Shown in pieces: positions 24,836 to 32,368 of a DNA stretch of 32,368 bases. How positions within the stretch are numbered: position 1 is the first letter of the stretch; each line of letters starts with the position of its first letter. The notes under the pieces were generated by a model, which was not told the DNA's origin, did no database searches, and was given only the letters and a program-made list of their open reading frames with translations. The DNA lies in IMG/VR virus record IMGVR_UViG_3300037044_000221, positions 1 to 32,368 of that record; one strand, given 5' to 3'. The translations under genes were made by a program, and so were the position numbers. This stretch comes from a virus. Lineage: Duplodnaviria; Caudoviricetes.

Positions 24836-26583
24836 ACTTACGCGAATTAAAATATGTTTTAATAGGCGACGACCGACTAAGCGGGAAGTTACGTAATGTT
24901 TCGGCTGCAGGAAAAAGCGCAGCCGATTCGTTGCGCAACTCAAGCAACAGGCTCGAGGTCTTTAAGCGTAATTTTCGCCAAGCAGCCGACGAGATTCCAG
25001 GCTTTAGCCAGGGCTTACGATTGGCTCGAAATCCAATACTACTTGCTACTGGTGCTGTAGTTGGCCTAGGCGCTGGCCTTAATAAGGCTGCAAAGGAAGC
25101 TGCAAAATTCAATACCAATTTCCGCGAGCTTGCAAATCTAAACCTCGATAAGAGTTCGGCTCAAATCGGCTCTATGAAAAATATGGTGCTCCAGTCGGCG
25201 CTCGAAAAGGGTTTTGATGCGAGCAAAACATCACGTGGCTTTTACGACGTACAGTCAGTTACTGGAATGTTCGGTGGCCAAGTGGCTAAGGTAGTTGAGC
25301 AGCAAGGAGAATTTGCCAACCTTATGCAGGCCGATTTTAATGCCTGGATCGAGGGCACAGGCAAAGCAATGGCAAACTACGGCTTTGGCGCCGAGCAATT
25401 ACAAGAGTTTAACCGAGCAGCCTATGCCACGGTTAAGGTCGGTTCAATTACTTTCGATCAGTTGGCCAAAGTGCAAAGTGCCTATGCGGGTGCTGCTGCA
25501 TCGGCTGGGCAAAGCTTTAGCGCTGCCAATAAAATGCTAACGGTTTTTACTATAAAAACTAAAAGTGCCGACGAAGCCGCAACTCTAACAAAGTCTTTAT
25601 TCAACGACCTCACCAAAAAAACAACCATTGACTCGATGAAAAAAGCTGGTATAAACGTTTTCGATACCAGTGGTAAAATTAAGCAGGCCGACCAGCTGAT
25701 GCTGGAGTTGAACAAGAAGTTTTCGCAGCTTGGGGGTAGCGACAAGAACATTATTAACCTCAAAAACCAATTTATGGGCAGCGAGGGTTTAATTGCCTTT
25801 GTTCAGGCGGCCACCGACCAAAGTGGTGGACTCATTCGCACGCTCAACGATTTCGACTCAACCAAGTTCGGCCTTAACGAGGCATTGGCGTTAGCCAAAA
25901 AAGATCTTAATTACATCAACGAACAGTTAAAGAATAAACTGAACGCCAACTTAGTAAAGTTGGGAGAAAATCTAATGCCATTATTTAACAAAGTTACTGG
26001 TGTTACTCTTGGTGTTGTGGAGGATTTATCATTCAGACTTGGAAGCAATTCAGCAACACAAGCAGGTGGTGATAAGGCTAAAAAGGAATTTGACTACCTG
26101 TTTGAAAATGCAGCATCTTTATCCGATGCTCAGTTTGACGAGGGCATTCAACGAGCGCTGAAGGATAGGTCCTATTTTGAAAAAATGGTTAACGACAATC
26201 GAAAAGATAAGGGTTCGCTTTCAAAATGGACAAATGCTCAAGGTTACTACAACTATCACTATGCCGACGAATATATATCGGTTATCGATATGATTCTCCG
26301 CGATGCACAAAAAGGAAGAGCACTAGGTGTTAATCCTGTTGGGCTTGGCGGAGCCGTTGGGGGCGATGGTACAACTGGCGACGATTCCATGTCCAAGGGC
26401 ATCGACTCCATTACTGGAGGTGGTAATCAAATTCGAAACATTACGGTGAATATCACCAAGCTCATCGAAAATCAGAATATAAGTACCACCAACCTTTCCG
26501 AGGGTTCGGTACAAATTAAGGAGAAAGTGGAGGAGGCTCTTATTCGCGCTATTGCAGGAACCGAACAAATGCTTGCCAGCTGA
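24832..26583 (+). CDS. Tail tape measure protein
   Basis: Ala/Gly-rich helical 583 aa protein after the chaperone; GTG start. Confidence 0.88.
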   Translation: MNLRELKYVLIGDDRLSGKLRNVSAAGKSAADSLRNSSNRLEVFKRNFRQAADEIPGFSQGLRLARNPILLATGAVVGLGAGLNKAAKEAAKFNTNFRELANLNLDKSSAQIGSMKNMVLQSALEKGFDASKTSRGFYDVQSVTGMFGGQVAKVVEQQGEFANLMQADFNAWIEGTGKAMANYGFGAEQLQEFNRAAYATVKVGSITFDQLAKVQSAYAGAAASAGQSFSAANKMLTVFTIKTKSADEAATLTKSLFNDLTKKTTIDSMKKAGINVFDTSGKIKQADQLMLELNKKFSQLGGSDKNIINLKNQFMGSEGLIAFVQAATDQSGGLIRTLNDFDSTKFGLNEALALAKKDLNYINEQLKNKLNANLVKLGENLMPLFNKVTGVTLGVVEDLSFRLGSNSATQAGGDKAKKEFDYLFENAASLSDAQFDEGIQRALKDRSYFEKMVNDNRKDKGSLSKWTNAQGYYNYHYADEYISVIDMILRDAQKGRALGVNPVGLGGAVGGDGTTGDDSMSKGIDSITGGGNQIRNITVNITKLIENQNISTTNLSEGSVQIKEKVEEALIRAIAGTEQMLAS

Positions 26584-27197
26584 TGAACGTACTTGGATAT
26601 AACATATACTACGCCTGGGATCTCTTGGGGCTGTACCGCCAAATATGGGGGCACGTTGGCATTCCATACAGCAAGGTTAGCACCAACGATGCCGGGGGTG
26701 AAGTTTCCGAGGGTGGTAGTCAGGTTAAGGCTTGGGATGGCAACTCGCTCGATGGGCTTCAGTTTAGGGAGAGCAGCCTAAAGGGTGGTGCATTTCTTAT
26801 GCCACTCACTATCGATGGGTATAAATTCCCCATTGAGCCATTGGTTTCGGTTAGCGGCAGCAAGCATATTGTTGAAACAAAGATTACGGGCGTAAAAATG
26901 CCCATTGTTGAAGAGGTTGCCATGGAGACCTACAAGGTAACCATTAAGGGTGTTTATATCAACGAAGAGAATGACAACTACCCCTACAGGGAGGTTGCCA
27001 GGCTTCCTTGGCTACTCGAAAAGCGCGGGGCGCTTCCGGTGGTTAATGAGTTGCTTCGCGTATTTGGAATTGACTACCTAGTGATTAAAGATATACGCTG
27101 CGACGGAATTGAAGGGCACCAAAGTATGCAGTGGTATGTAATAGAAGCCGTGGCTACTCGCCCATTGGAGCTCGAAATAAAGGAGGGTGCGCAATGA
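26583..27197 (+). CDS. Tail/baseplate protein (DUF6046-like, tube-initiator position)
   Basis: EPLVSVSGSKHIVET...YKVTIKG motif after the tape measure. Confidence 0.65.
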   Translation: MNVLGYNIYYAWDLLGLYRQIWGHVGIPYSKVSTNDAGGEVSEGGSQVKAWDGNSLDGLQFRESSLKGGAFLMPLTIDGYKFPIEPLVSVSGSKHIVETKITGVKMPIVEEVAMETYKVTIKGVYINEENDNYPYREVARLPWLLEKRGALPVVNELLRVFGIDYLVIKDIRCDGIEGHQSMQWYVIEAVATRPLELEIKEGAQ

Positions 27198-28153
27198 GCC
27201 TATACTTAACCTGCAGCATCGATATTGGGAAGTACCGTTTTGATGCCGTAAATTCGGTAACCATTACCAATTCGCGCAAGCAAATAGGCAATACCGCTAC
27301 CATTAAACTTCCCAACAGGTATAGTTCTGATTACTTAACCAATAAAATTGCTGGTGGCAACGAAGTAATTATACGTATTGGTTACAACGGCAACTTGCGC
27401 GAGGAATTTGTTGGCTACGTTAGCGATATTGCTTCATCGGCTCCCGTTGAAATTCGTTGCGAGGATGAGATGTACAAGCTTAAAAGGGTAAGGCCACAGG
27501 CAAAGAGTTACGAATCAACCACGCTTAAGGATGTACTTAGGTATCTTGTTCCCGACATTACCCTGGTCGATATTCCCGATGTAACCCTTAGCCCATTTTA
27601 CATATATGCCGACAAGTCCGTTGCAGCAGCACTTCAGGAGCTACGCGAAAATTTTGGGCTTGAGCTCAATTTTAAAGGGAAAAGCCTTTTTTGTGGTGTT
27701 CCCCTCACCGAAAAGGATGCAGCCAAAAGCGAAGTTGTTATTTACGACCTCGACCGGAATGTTATAGATCCACGCTTAAATTTTCGCCGAGCCGACGATG
27801 TAAGGCTTAGGGTACAAGCCAAGAGCATTACTGCCGACAATAAGGTGATAACCGTAGAGGTTGGCGACGACGATGCTTCAACTACCACCACGCTGCATTT
27901 TTATAACATTACAGTTAAAGCAGAACTCACCAGGCAGGCAGAGGAAAAACTTAAGGTAATGAAGTACTCGGGCTTCGAGGGCGACATTACAACCTTTGGC
28001 ATCCCTTACGTTGAGCCTGGAATGATTGCAAAAATTATCGATAAGCGTTACGACAATCTTCGTGAAGGAAAATACTTTATCGATTCGGTTAATACCACCT
28101 TCGATATGAATGGTTTTCGCCGAAATGTAAAGATTGGAAGGAGGGCAGGATGA
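27194..28153 (+). CDS. Baseplate hub (Mu gp44 / late control D-like); start re-called to ATG 27194
   Basis: IGYNGNLREEFVGYV, GDITTFGIP, GKYFIDSVNTTF. Confidence 0.8.
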   Translation: MSLYLTCSIDIGKYRFDAVNSVTITNSRKQIGNTATIKLPNRYSSDYLTNKIAGGNEVIIRIGYNGNLREEFVGYVSDIASSAPVEIRCEDEMYKLKRVRPQAKSYESTTLKDVLRYLVPDITLVDIPDVTLSPFYIYADKSVAAALQELRENFGLELNFKGKSLFCGVPLTEKDAAKSEVVIYDLDRNVIDPRLNFRRADDVRLRVQAKSITADNKVITVEVGDDDASTTTTLHFYNITVKAELTRQAEEKLKVMKYSGFEGDITTFGIPYVEPGMIAKIIDKRYDNLREGKYFIDSVNTTFDMNGFRRNVKIGRRAG

Positions 28154-28659
28154 CAGATAGGTTACGACAGGTATTGGTGCAACTCATACGCGACAACGTT
28201 CCGCGCCAGGTAACGGTATGCGAAGTTCTTTCGGTTGACGAAGCAACCTTAACCTGTAAGGTTAAGGAATTGGAAAGCGACCAGGAACTTTTTCAAGTGC
28301 GTTTAAACGCAGCTTCAACCGAATTTAATACTGTTTTAATTCCAAAGGTTGGCAGCGTGGTTTTGGTTTCCCTTATTGGTAATAATAGGCAGGCTCGCTA
28401 CGTAACCATGGTTAGCGAATGCAGCAAAATATACCTGATGGGCGATGAAAATGGCGCCCTACCGGTTAGCATCAAAATAGTTGAAAGGCTTAACCTGGTG
28501 GAGAATAAAGTAAACGACCTACTATCCGCCATTACAGGATGGGTGCCAGTTCCGAACGATGGAGGGGCTGCTCTTTTAACAGTTCTTACCGATTGGCTTC
28601 AAAAAAAGCTTGTGGAAACAACAGTTGAGAATATTCATAACGATAAAATATATCACTAA
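28150..28659 (+). CDS. Baseplate spike (gp45/gpV-like)
   Basis: OB-fold-like N-terminus, PKVGSVVLV; position. Confidence 0.7.
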   Translation: MTDRLRQVLVQLIRDNVPRQVTVCEVLSVDEATLTCKVKELESDQELFQVRLNAASTEFNTVLIPKVGSVVLVSLIGNNRQARYVTMVSECSKIYLMGDENGALPVSIKIVERLNLVENKVNDLLSAITGWVPVPNDGGAALLTVLTDWLQKKLVETTVENIHNDKIYH

Positions 28660-28997
28660 TGGCGCGATTGGGCTTACAGCTTACCGAGGATTTTGACGTA
28701 AATATTTTTGTTCGCAAGGATGTTAATGGCAAAATAGTGTCGGGAATTACCATTGCTGATGCAACCTATCAGAACCAAAGCCTGCTTCTTTTAACGCAAA
28801 AAGGCGAATGGAAGGAGAAGCCCTTGGTTGGCGTTGGGCTTAATAATTACCTGTTGGACGATGGTAGCACCGATGAGTTGTTCAGGGAGGTTGCCAGCCA
28901 GTTTACAGCCGATGGAATGAGAGTTCTTTCGGTAGCACTGCAGGATGGAAAACTTTATGTTGATGCAAATTATGAGGCAGATTCGAGTTTTAGGTAA
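28659..28997 (+). CDS. Baseplate wedge protein (gp46/gp25-like)
   Basis: KGEWKEKPLVGVGL motif. Confidence 0.7.
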   Translation: MARLGLQLTEDFDVNIFVRKDVNGKIVSGITIADATYQNQSLLLLTQKGEWKEKPLVGVGLNNYLLDDGSTDELFREVASQFTADGMRVLSVALQDGKLYVDANYEADSSFR

Positions 28998-29256
28998 TCA
29001 GTCCTTATTGGACATAGCCACTATGCACTGCGGCTTGGCCGATATGGCATACGACATAGCCCTAATGAATGGCCTTGGAGTTGATGCTAGAATTAACGAG
29101 GGCGATATGCTTTCGGTTCCAGCGGTTGCCAATAGATCGGTAGTCGATTTTTATTTAAAAATGGGCATTGCTCCAGCAACCGAGGTTTCAATAGTTAAGG
29201 AGCAGGAGTATTCTTTAGGGACATTCGATTTCACGTTTGACAATACATTTTACTAG
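28972..29256 (+). CDS. LysM/tail-X-like baseplate protein (start re-called to ATG 28972)
   Basis: QSLLDIATMHCG...IALMNGL. Confidence 0.65.
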   Translation: MRQIRVLGNQSLLDIATMHCGLADMAYDIALMNGLGVDARINEGDMLSVPAVANRSVVDFYLKMGIAPATEVSIVKEQEYSLGTFDFTFDNTFY

Positions 29257-29257
29257 T

Positions 29258-30106
29258 ATGGCACGATCAATAAATTCAATATCGCAATCGATTAAAGCCG
29301 ATTTTGTTGCTAACCCAACCATTGCTGCTGCTTATGAGCTGGACCAGTCGAAGAGCTTCGACGACCAGTTTTCGAATGTGAGCATCGAAGGACTGCTAAT
29401 TTATGTGGTTGCAACGGCCATATATTTAATCGAAAGGACCATCGATACATTTACTCAAGAAATAAACCAGCGAATAATTAACGATGCCGTTTGCTCAATT
29501 CCCTGGTATGTGAATAAGGTGCTAAACTATCAGCACGGCCATCCATTAGTTTTTATCCCTCAAAGCTACTCCTTTGGCTATGAAATTGAAAATAACGAGG
29601 CAAAAATAGTGAAGTATGCAGCCGTTCGACAGATTGAAGGCACTGTTACTAAGCTTCAAATACTAACTAATAAAGAAGGGAAGGTTCCGCTTACGTCCGA
29701 CGAGCACTTGGCCTTTCAGGCCTACGTAAGGCAAATAGGTGCAGCGGGCATACATTACGACTTTATTACTGCACTACCCACCGATGTTAGAATTACTGCA
29801 CAAATAATATACGACCCGTTGCTGCTCAATGGTAGCGGGTTGCTCCACGGAACCACAACCAACACCGTTAATGAGGCTCTTTTAAACTACATCAACAACG
29901 TGGCCTTTGGGGGGGTTATATTAAAATCGAAGCTGGTGGATGCCATACAATCGGCTCTTGGGGTTTACGACCTGAACCTTGAGCTGCTTGAACTTTACAT
30001 TGACGAGGCGTGGGAAGAGGTGGAGGGGCTTGAGGGCATTTCCCCTTCAGGTTCGTTTTTGCTTACAGTCGATAATTTAGACCTATCATTCAGTCCAAAG
30101 GTATGA
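29258..30106 (+). CDS. Baseplate J-like protein (gp47-like); start re-called to ATG 29258
   Basis: Size and position; FGGVILKSKLVDAIQSALGV. Confidence 0.7.
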   Translation: MARSINSISQSIKADFVANPTIAAAYELDQSKSFDDQFSNVSIEGLLIYVVATAIYLIERTIDTFTQEINQRIINDAVCSIPWYVNKVLNYQHGHPLVFIPQSYSFGYEIENNEAKIVKYAAVRQIEGTVTKLQILTNKEGKVPLTSDEHLAFQAYVRQIGAAGIHYDFITALPTDVRITAQIIYDPLLLNGSGLLHGTTTNTVNEALLNYINNVAFGGVILKSKLVDAIQSALGVYDLNLELLELYIDEAWEEVEGLEGISPSGSFLLTVDNLDLSFSPKV

Positions 30107-30555
30107 ACTGGGGGAGATACATAGCGCTTTTAATTCCCATAAGGCTTCGCCAGCGAAGGTTGGTTGAGCTCATAAAGGTTCTTTTGGGCCAACTTATGGT
30201 TATTGGCTATAATTTAAACAGCCAAATTGAGTATTTGCGCTTAAAAAAATGCACTACCTGGCAAACGCTATGGCTTCAAAAAATTGTTGAATACGAACTA
30301 AATGTGCTATGCAGCATTAGCGAGCTTAACGGGTTGCCCTTCGATTTTATTGTTACAACAAATCTTCCTGTTGACGAGCAAAGGCTTGCAGCCATTGTCA
30401 ATAGGTATAAGCTTCCGGGTAGGTCGTTTACGCTTTCACAAGCCGATGTTGTTTTTTCGGCCAAATGGGCCGATCATGTATGCGAACTCGATGGCACTGT
30501 GGTATACTCGGCCAAATGGGCCGATCATGTTTGCGAACAAGTTTTAGGTGGTTAA
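30103..30555 (+). CDS. Baseplate wedge protein (gp48/tail I-like) with duplicated C-terminal motif
   Basis: Follows baseplate J; IVNRYKLPGRSF. Confidence 0.6.
   Translation: MNWGRYIALLIPIRLRQRRLVELIKVLLGQLMVIGYNLNSQIEYLRLKKCTTWQTLWLQKIVEYELNVLCSISELNGLPFDFIVTTNLPVDEQRLAAIVNRYKLPGRSFTLSQADVVFSAKWADHVCELDGTVVYSAKWADHVCEQVLGG
30457..30538 (+). repeat. 31-bp direct repeat, two copies 51 bp apart
   Basis: TCGGCCAAATGGGCCGATCATGT(A/T)TGCGAAC at 30457 and 30508. Confidence 0.9.
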
Positions 30556-30568
30556 TTAAAATTGATAT

Positions 30569-30898
30569 ATGGCTGATTATTCAAATACTGGGTACCAAAG
30601 GGCCAAAACCCTTAATATCGAAAAAAGGGTAGGTGGGGTTATGGCCGTGGGCTATCCCAAGTCCTTTAGCATTTTAAACCCTTTTACGGTTTCTGGAGTA
30701 AGCTATGGGTTGCTTCGGGAGGATTCAACCTATAAGGAATTTTCGAGGCTTTCGTTGGCCCAATACAATGCCAGGCTGGCTGCATTTAAGCTTTACGTTG
30801 AACAGGCCGAAATTGGCCTTAATGTCGATGCCGTAACCGTTTCGGGCCACGAGGCCTACACTCTTAATCTTGACAATTGTCCACTTGATATGCCTTAA
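30569..30898 (+). CDS. Hypothetical tail-associated protein
   Basis: ORF between the baseplate and tail fibre genes. Confidence 0.7.
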   Translation: MADYSNTGYQRAKTLNIEKRVGGVMAVGYPKSFSILNPFTVSGVSYGLLREDSTYKEFSRLSLAQYNARLAAFKLYVEQAEIGLNVDAVTVSGHEAYTLNLDNCPLDMP

Positions 30899-30901
30899 AC
30901 T

Positions 30902-32368
30902 ATGGAAAAATCAGAACTAACCAATGCTGCGCAGCAGATAATTGACGAAACAGCCCAGGGTGGTAATACCAAGCTAAGGGTTGGTAGCTTGTTCAAGAAT
31001 ATAATCGACTACTTTCACAGCAAGTCAACAACCCTTACTGGTGCCAATGGCTCCATAATAAATACCAACCTTAGCATTAACGATGTGTTTAAATCCATAG
31101 CAATCGTCAACAAAGAGATGAATTGCTACATTGAGGGTACAGCCATTGAAATTGAAGCCATTGATACAACGGCAAAAACCATTACCCTAAGCTGGGTGCC
31201 TCACATTCCTTCCATTATTAACCCAGAGGTTGGTAAGCAATGGGTAGTAGGCGAAGGAACGGGAGCTGAGCCATCGCGAAATGGTCAAAACCACGCTTAC
31301 GTTAGAATTACTGGCGGAAGTTTTGCCACAAGGGTTTTAACCTACGACATATCGCGCGACACTCCATCGCTAGCGGTTGGCAGCAGGGTTTATTTTTACA
31401 ACATACACGCCAATGGCTGGGCCTTTAACCAGGGGCTTGCCCAACATCTTATTCTTCGTAAAGCGGGCACTTACTACAGCCGAATGACTGGACCAGGAGG
31501 CATATACAAGCACAGCGATGGCAAGTATAGAATGGTTGTAAATGGCTACGACGGCACCACCTGGCGGGTTGGGCTTTTCCAGTCCGACAACCTGGCAACC
31601 TGGACCTCCGTTAGCGACACTCCTGCCGTTGGTGAAGCGGCTGGCACATGGCGCCCGCAAGGAATACACATAACCTCTGTTATTAAGCACCCCACCGAGA
31701 ATAGGTATATTGGCTATGCATATGGCCAAGGGGGAACCCCGTTTATGATGCGGATAGGTTGGGTAAAGTTCGACGAGAATATGCAGAATATTGAATTTTC
31801 GCCCACCGAAATAATCGATGTTGAAGACACAAGTTCGGGGCTATATGAGCCTTCAGTTATTTTTTACAATGGAAAGTACCGAATGGTAGTTGCGGCAAGA
31901 ACCAATGTACTACCCGACGATGGTTGGCAGATGTGGGAATATGAATCGCTAACCCCCGAAGGTCCTTGGGTAAAAATCACAAGCACTATCGACACAACCA
32001 GCACTGCCATAAGAAATGTAAAGTCGAACTTTCGCAATGGTCACTCCACCGAAACCTGCCCTTTTATATTTAACGGAAAGTTGTATATGATTATTTGCGG
32101 CACTAGCCGTTGGAACTGGTCGGGCAATAGAGGTAGCAGGCAATTTGGTATATTAGCCTACAACGACTCCGAGTCGCGGTGGGAAAACTACGCCCCAGGA
32201 ATAGTAATGGGGTCGTATCAATTCTCCAATACCGTATGGAACAGGCCCGAGGGCCACACAGGAGGTTCGCCAGTGATATTCAACACCGGCGACAAACTCT
32301 ACCTATTTTTTGCATTAACCCTTTCTTCCGATTCTTACCAGGTAGTCGGAAGTTCATTCAACTTATAA
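30902..32368 (+). CDS. Tail fibre/receptor-binding protein with glycoside-hydrolase-like beta-propeller
   Basis: Repeated blades: PGGIYKHSDGKYRM, FQSDNLATW, EPSVIFYNGKYRM, ESLTPEGPW, CPFIFNGKLYM, SPVIFNTGDKLYLFF. Confidence 0.7.
   Translation: MEKSELTNAAQQIIDETAQGGNTKLRVGSLFKNIIDYFHSKSTTLTGANGSIINTNLSINDVFKSIAIVNKEMNCYIEGTAIEIEAIDTTAKTITLSWVPHIPSIINPEVGKQWVVGEGTGAEPSRNGQNHAYVRITGGSFATRVLTYDISRDTPSLAVGSRVYFYNIHANGWAFNQGLAQHLILRKAGTYYSRMTGPGGIYKHSDGKYRMVVNGYDGTTWRVGLFQSDNLATWTSVSDTPAVGEAAGTWRPQGIHITSVIKHPTENRYIGYAYGQGGTPFMMRIGWVKFDENMQNIEFSPTEIIDVEDTSSGLYEPSVIFYNGKYRMVVAARTNVLPDDGWQMWEYESLTPEGPWVKITSTIDTTSTAIRNVKSNFRNGHSTETCPFIFNGKLYMIICGTSRWNWSGNRGSRQFGILAYNDSESRWENYAPGIVMGSYQFSNTVWNRPEGHTGGSPVIFNTGDKLYLFFALTLSSDSYQVVGSSFNL

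Larger units (their letters stand above)
1..32368. mobile_element. Mu-like transposable phage/prophage (contractile tail), probably Bacteroidota host; both ends lie outside the window or are not recognisable
   Basis: Repressor/ner-like, DDE transposase, MuB ATPase, gp29-like portal, MuF, gpG, gp36, sheath/tube/baseplate in Mu-like order; TAnnTTTG promoter motifs. Confidence 0.95.

Noticed and set aside
30457-30538. Mini CRISPR array or DGR template/variable repeat
   Set aside because: Only two copies with a 20-nt gap, in frame within a CDS; no cas or reverse transcriptase gene in the window.
1-32368. Mu-type termini (TG...CA with transposase-binding repeats), gin invertase, mom
   Set aside because: The window starts and ends at stop codons of internal genes; none of these were recognisable.

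Overview
The whole window is a contiguous part of a Mu-like (transposable) temperate phage or prophage with a contractile tail, most likely from a Bacteroidota host (TTTG-N20-TAnnTTTG promoters, A-rich translation starts). Left to right it holds: a repressor with a divergent Ner/Cro-like gene and a face-to-face promoter/operator switch; a structured GC-rich leader with a terminator; a MuA-type DDE transposase, a MuB ATPase and a second P-loop ATPase; an accessory early region (DUF3164-like, DnaA-domain-IV HTH, HNH, Gp37/Gp68-like, ASCH, an attC-like cassette); a probable late regulator and a moron. Two divergent late operons follow. The leftward one encodes TerS, TerL, gp36, portal, MuF with a toxin-like C-terminus, gpG and a tail terminator. 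The rightward one encodes protease/scaffold, capsid, amidase/holin/u-spanin, sheath, tube, chaperone, tape measure, baseplate and a beta-propeller tail protein. Phage ends are not identifiable. Highlights: (1) a -1 frameshift signal that fuses portal to MuF-toxin; (2) a promoter-plus-terminator small RNA located where a MuF immunity gene would normally be; (3) an integron-attC-like cassette whose start codon lies in the hairpin loop; (4) a multibranch RNA/attenuator upstream of the transposase. All family assignments come from motif recognition and gene order, not database searches.
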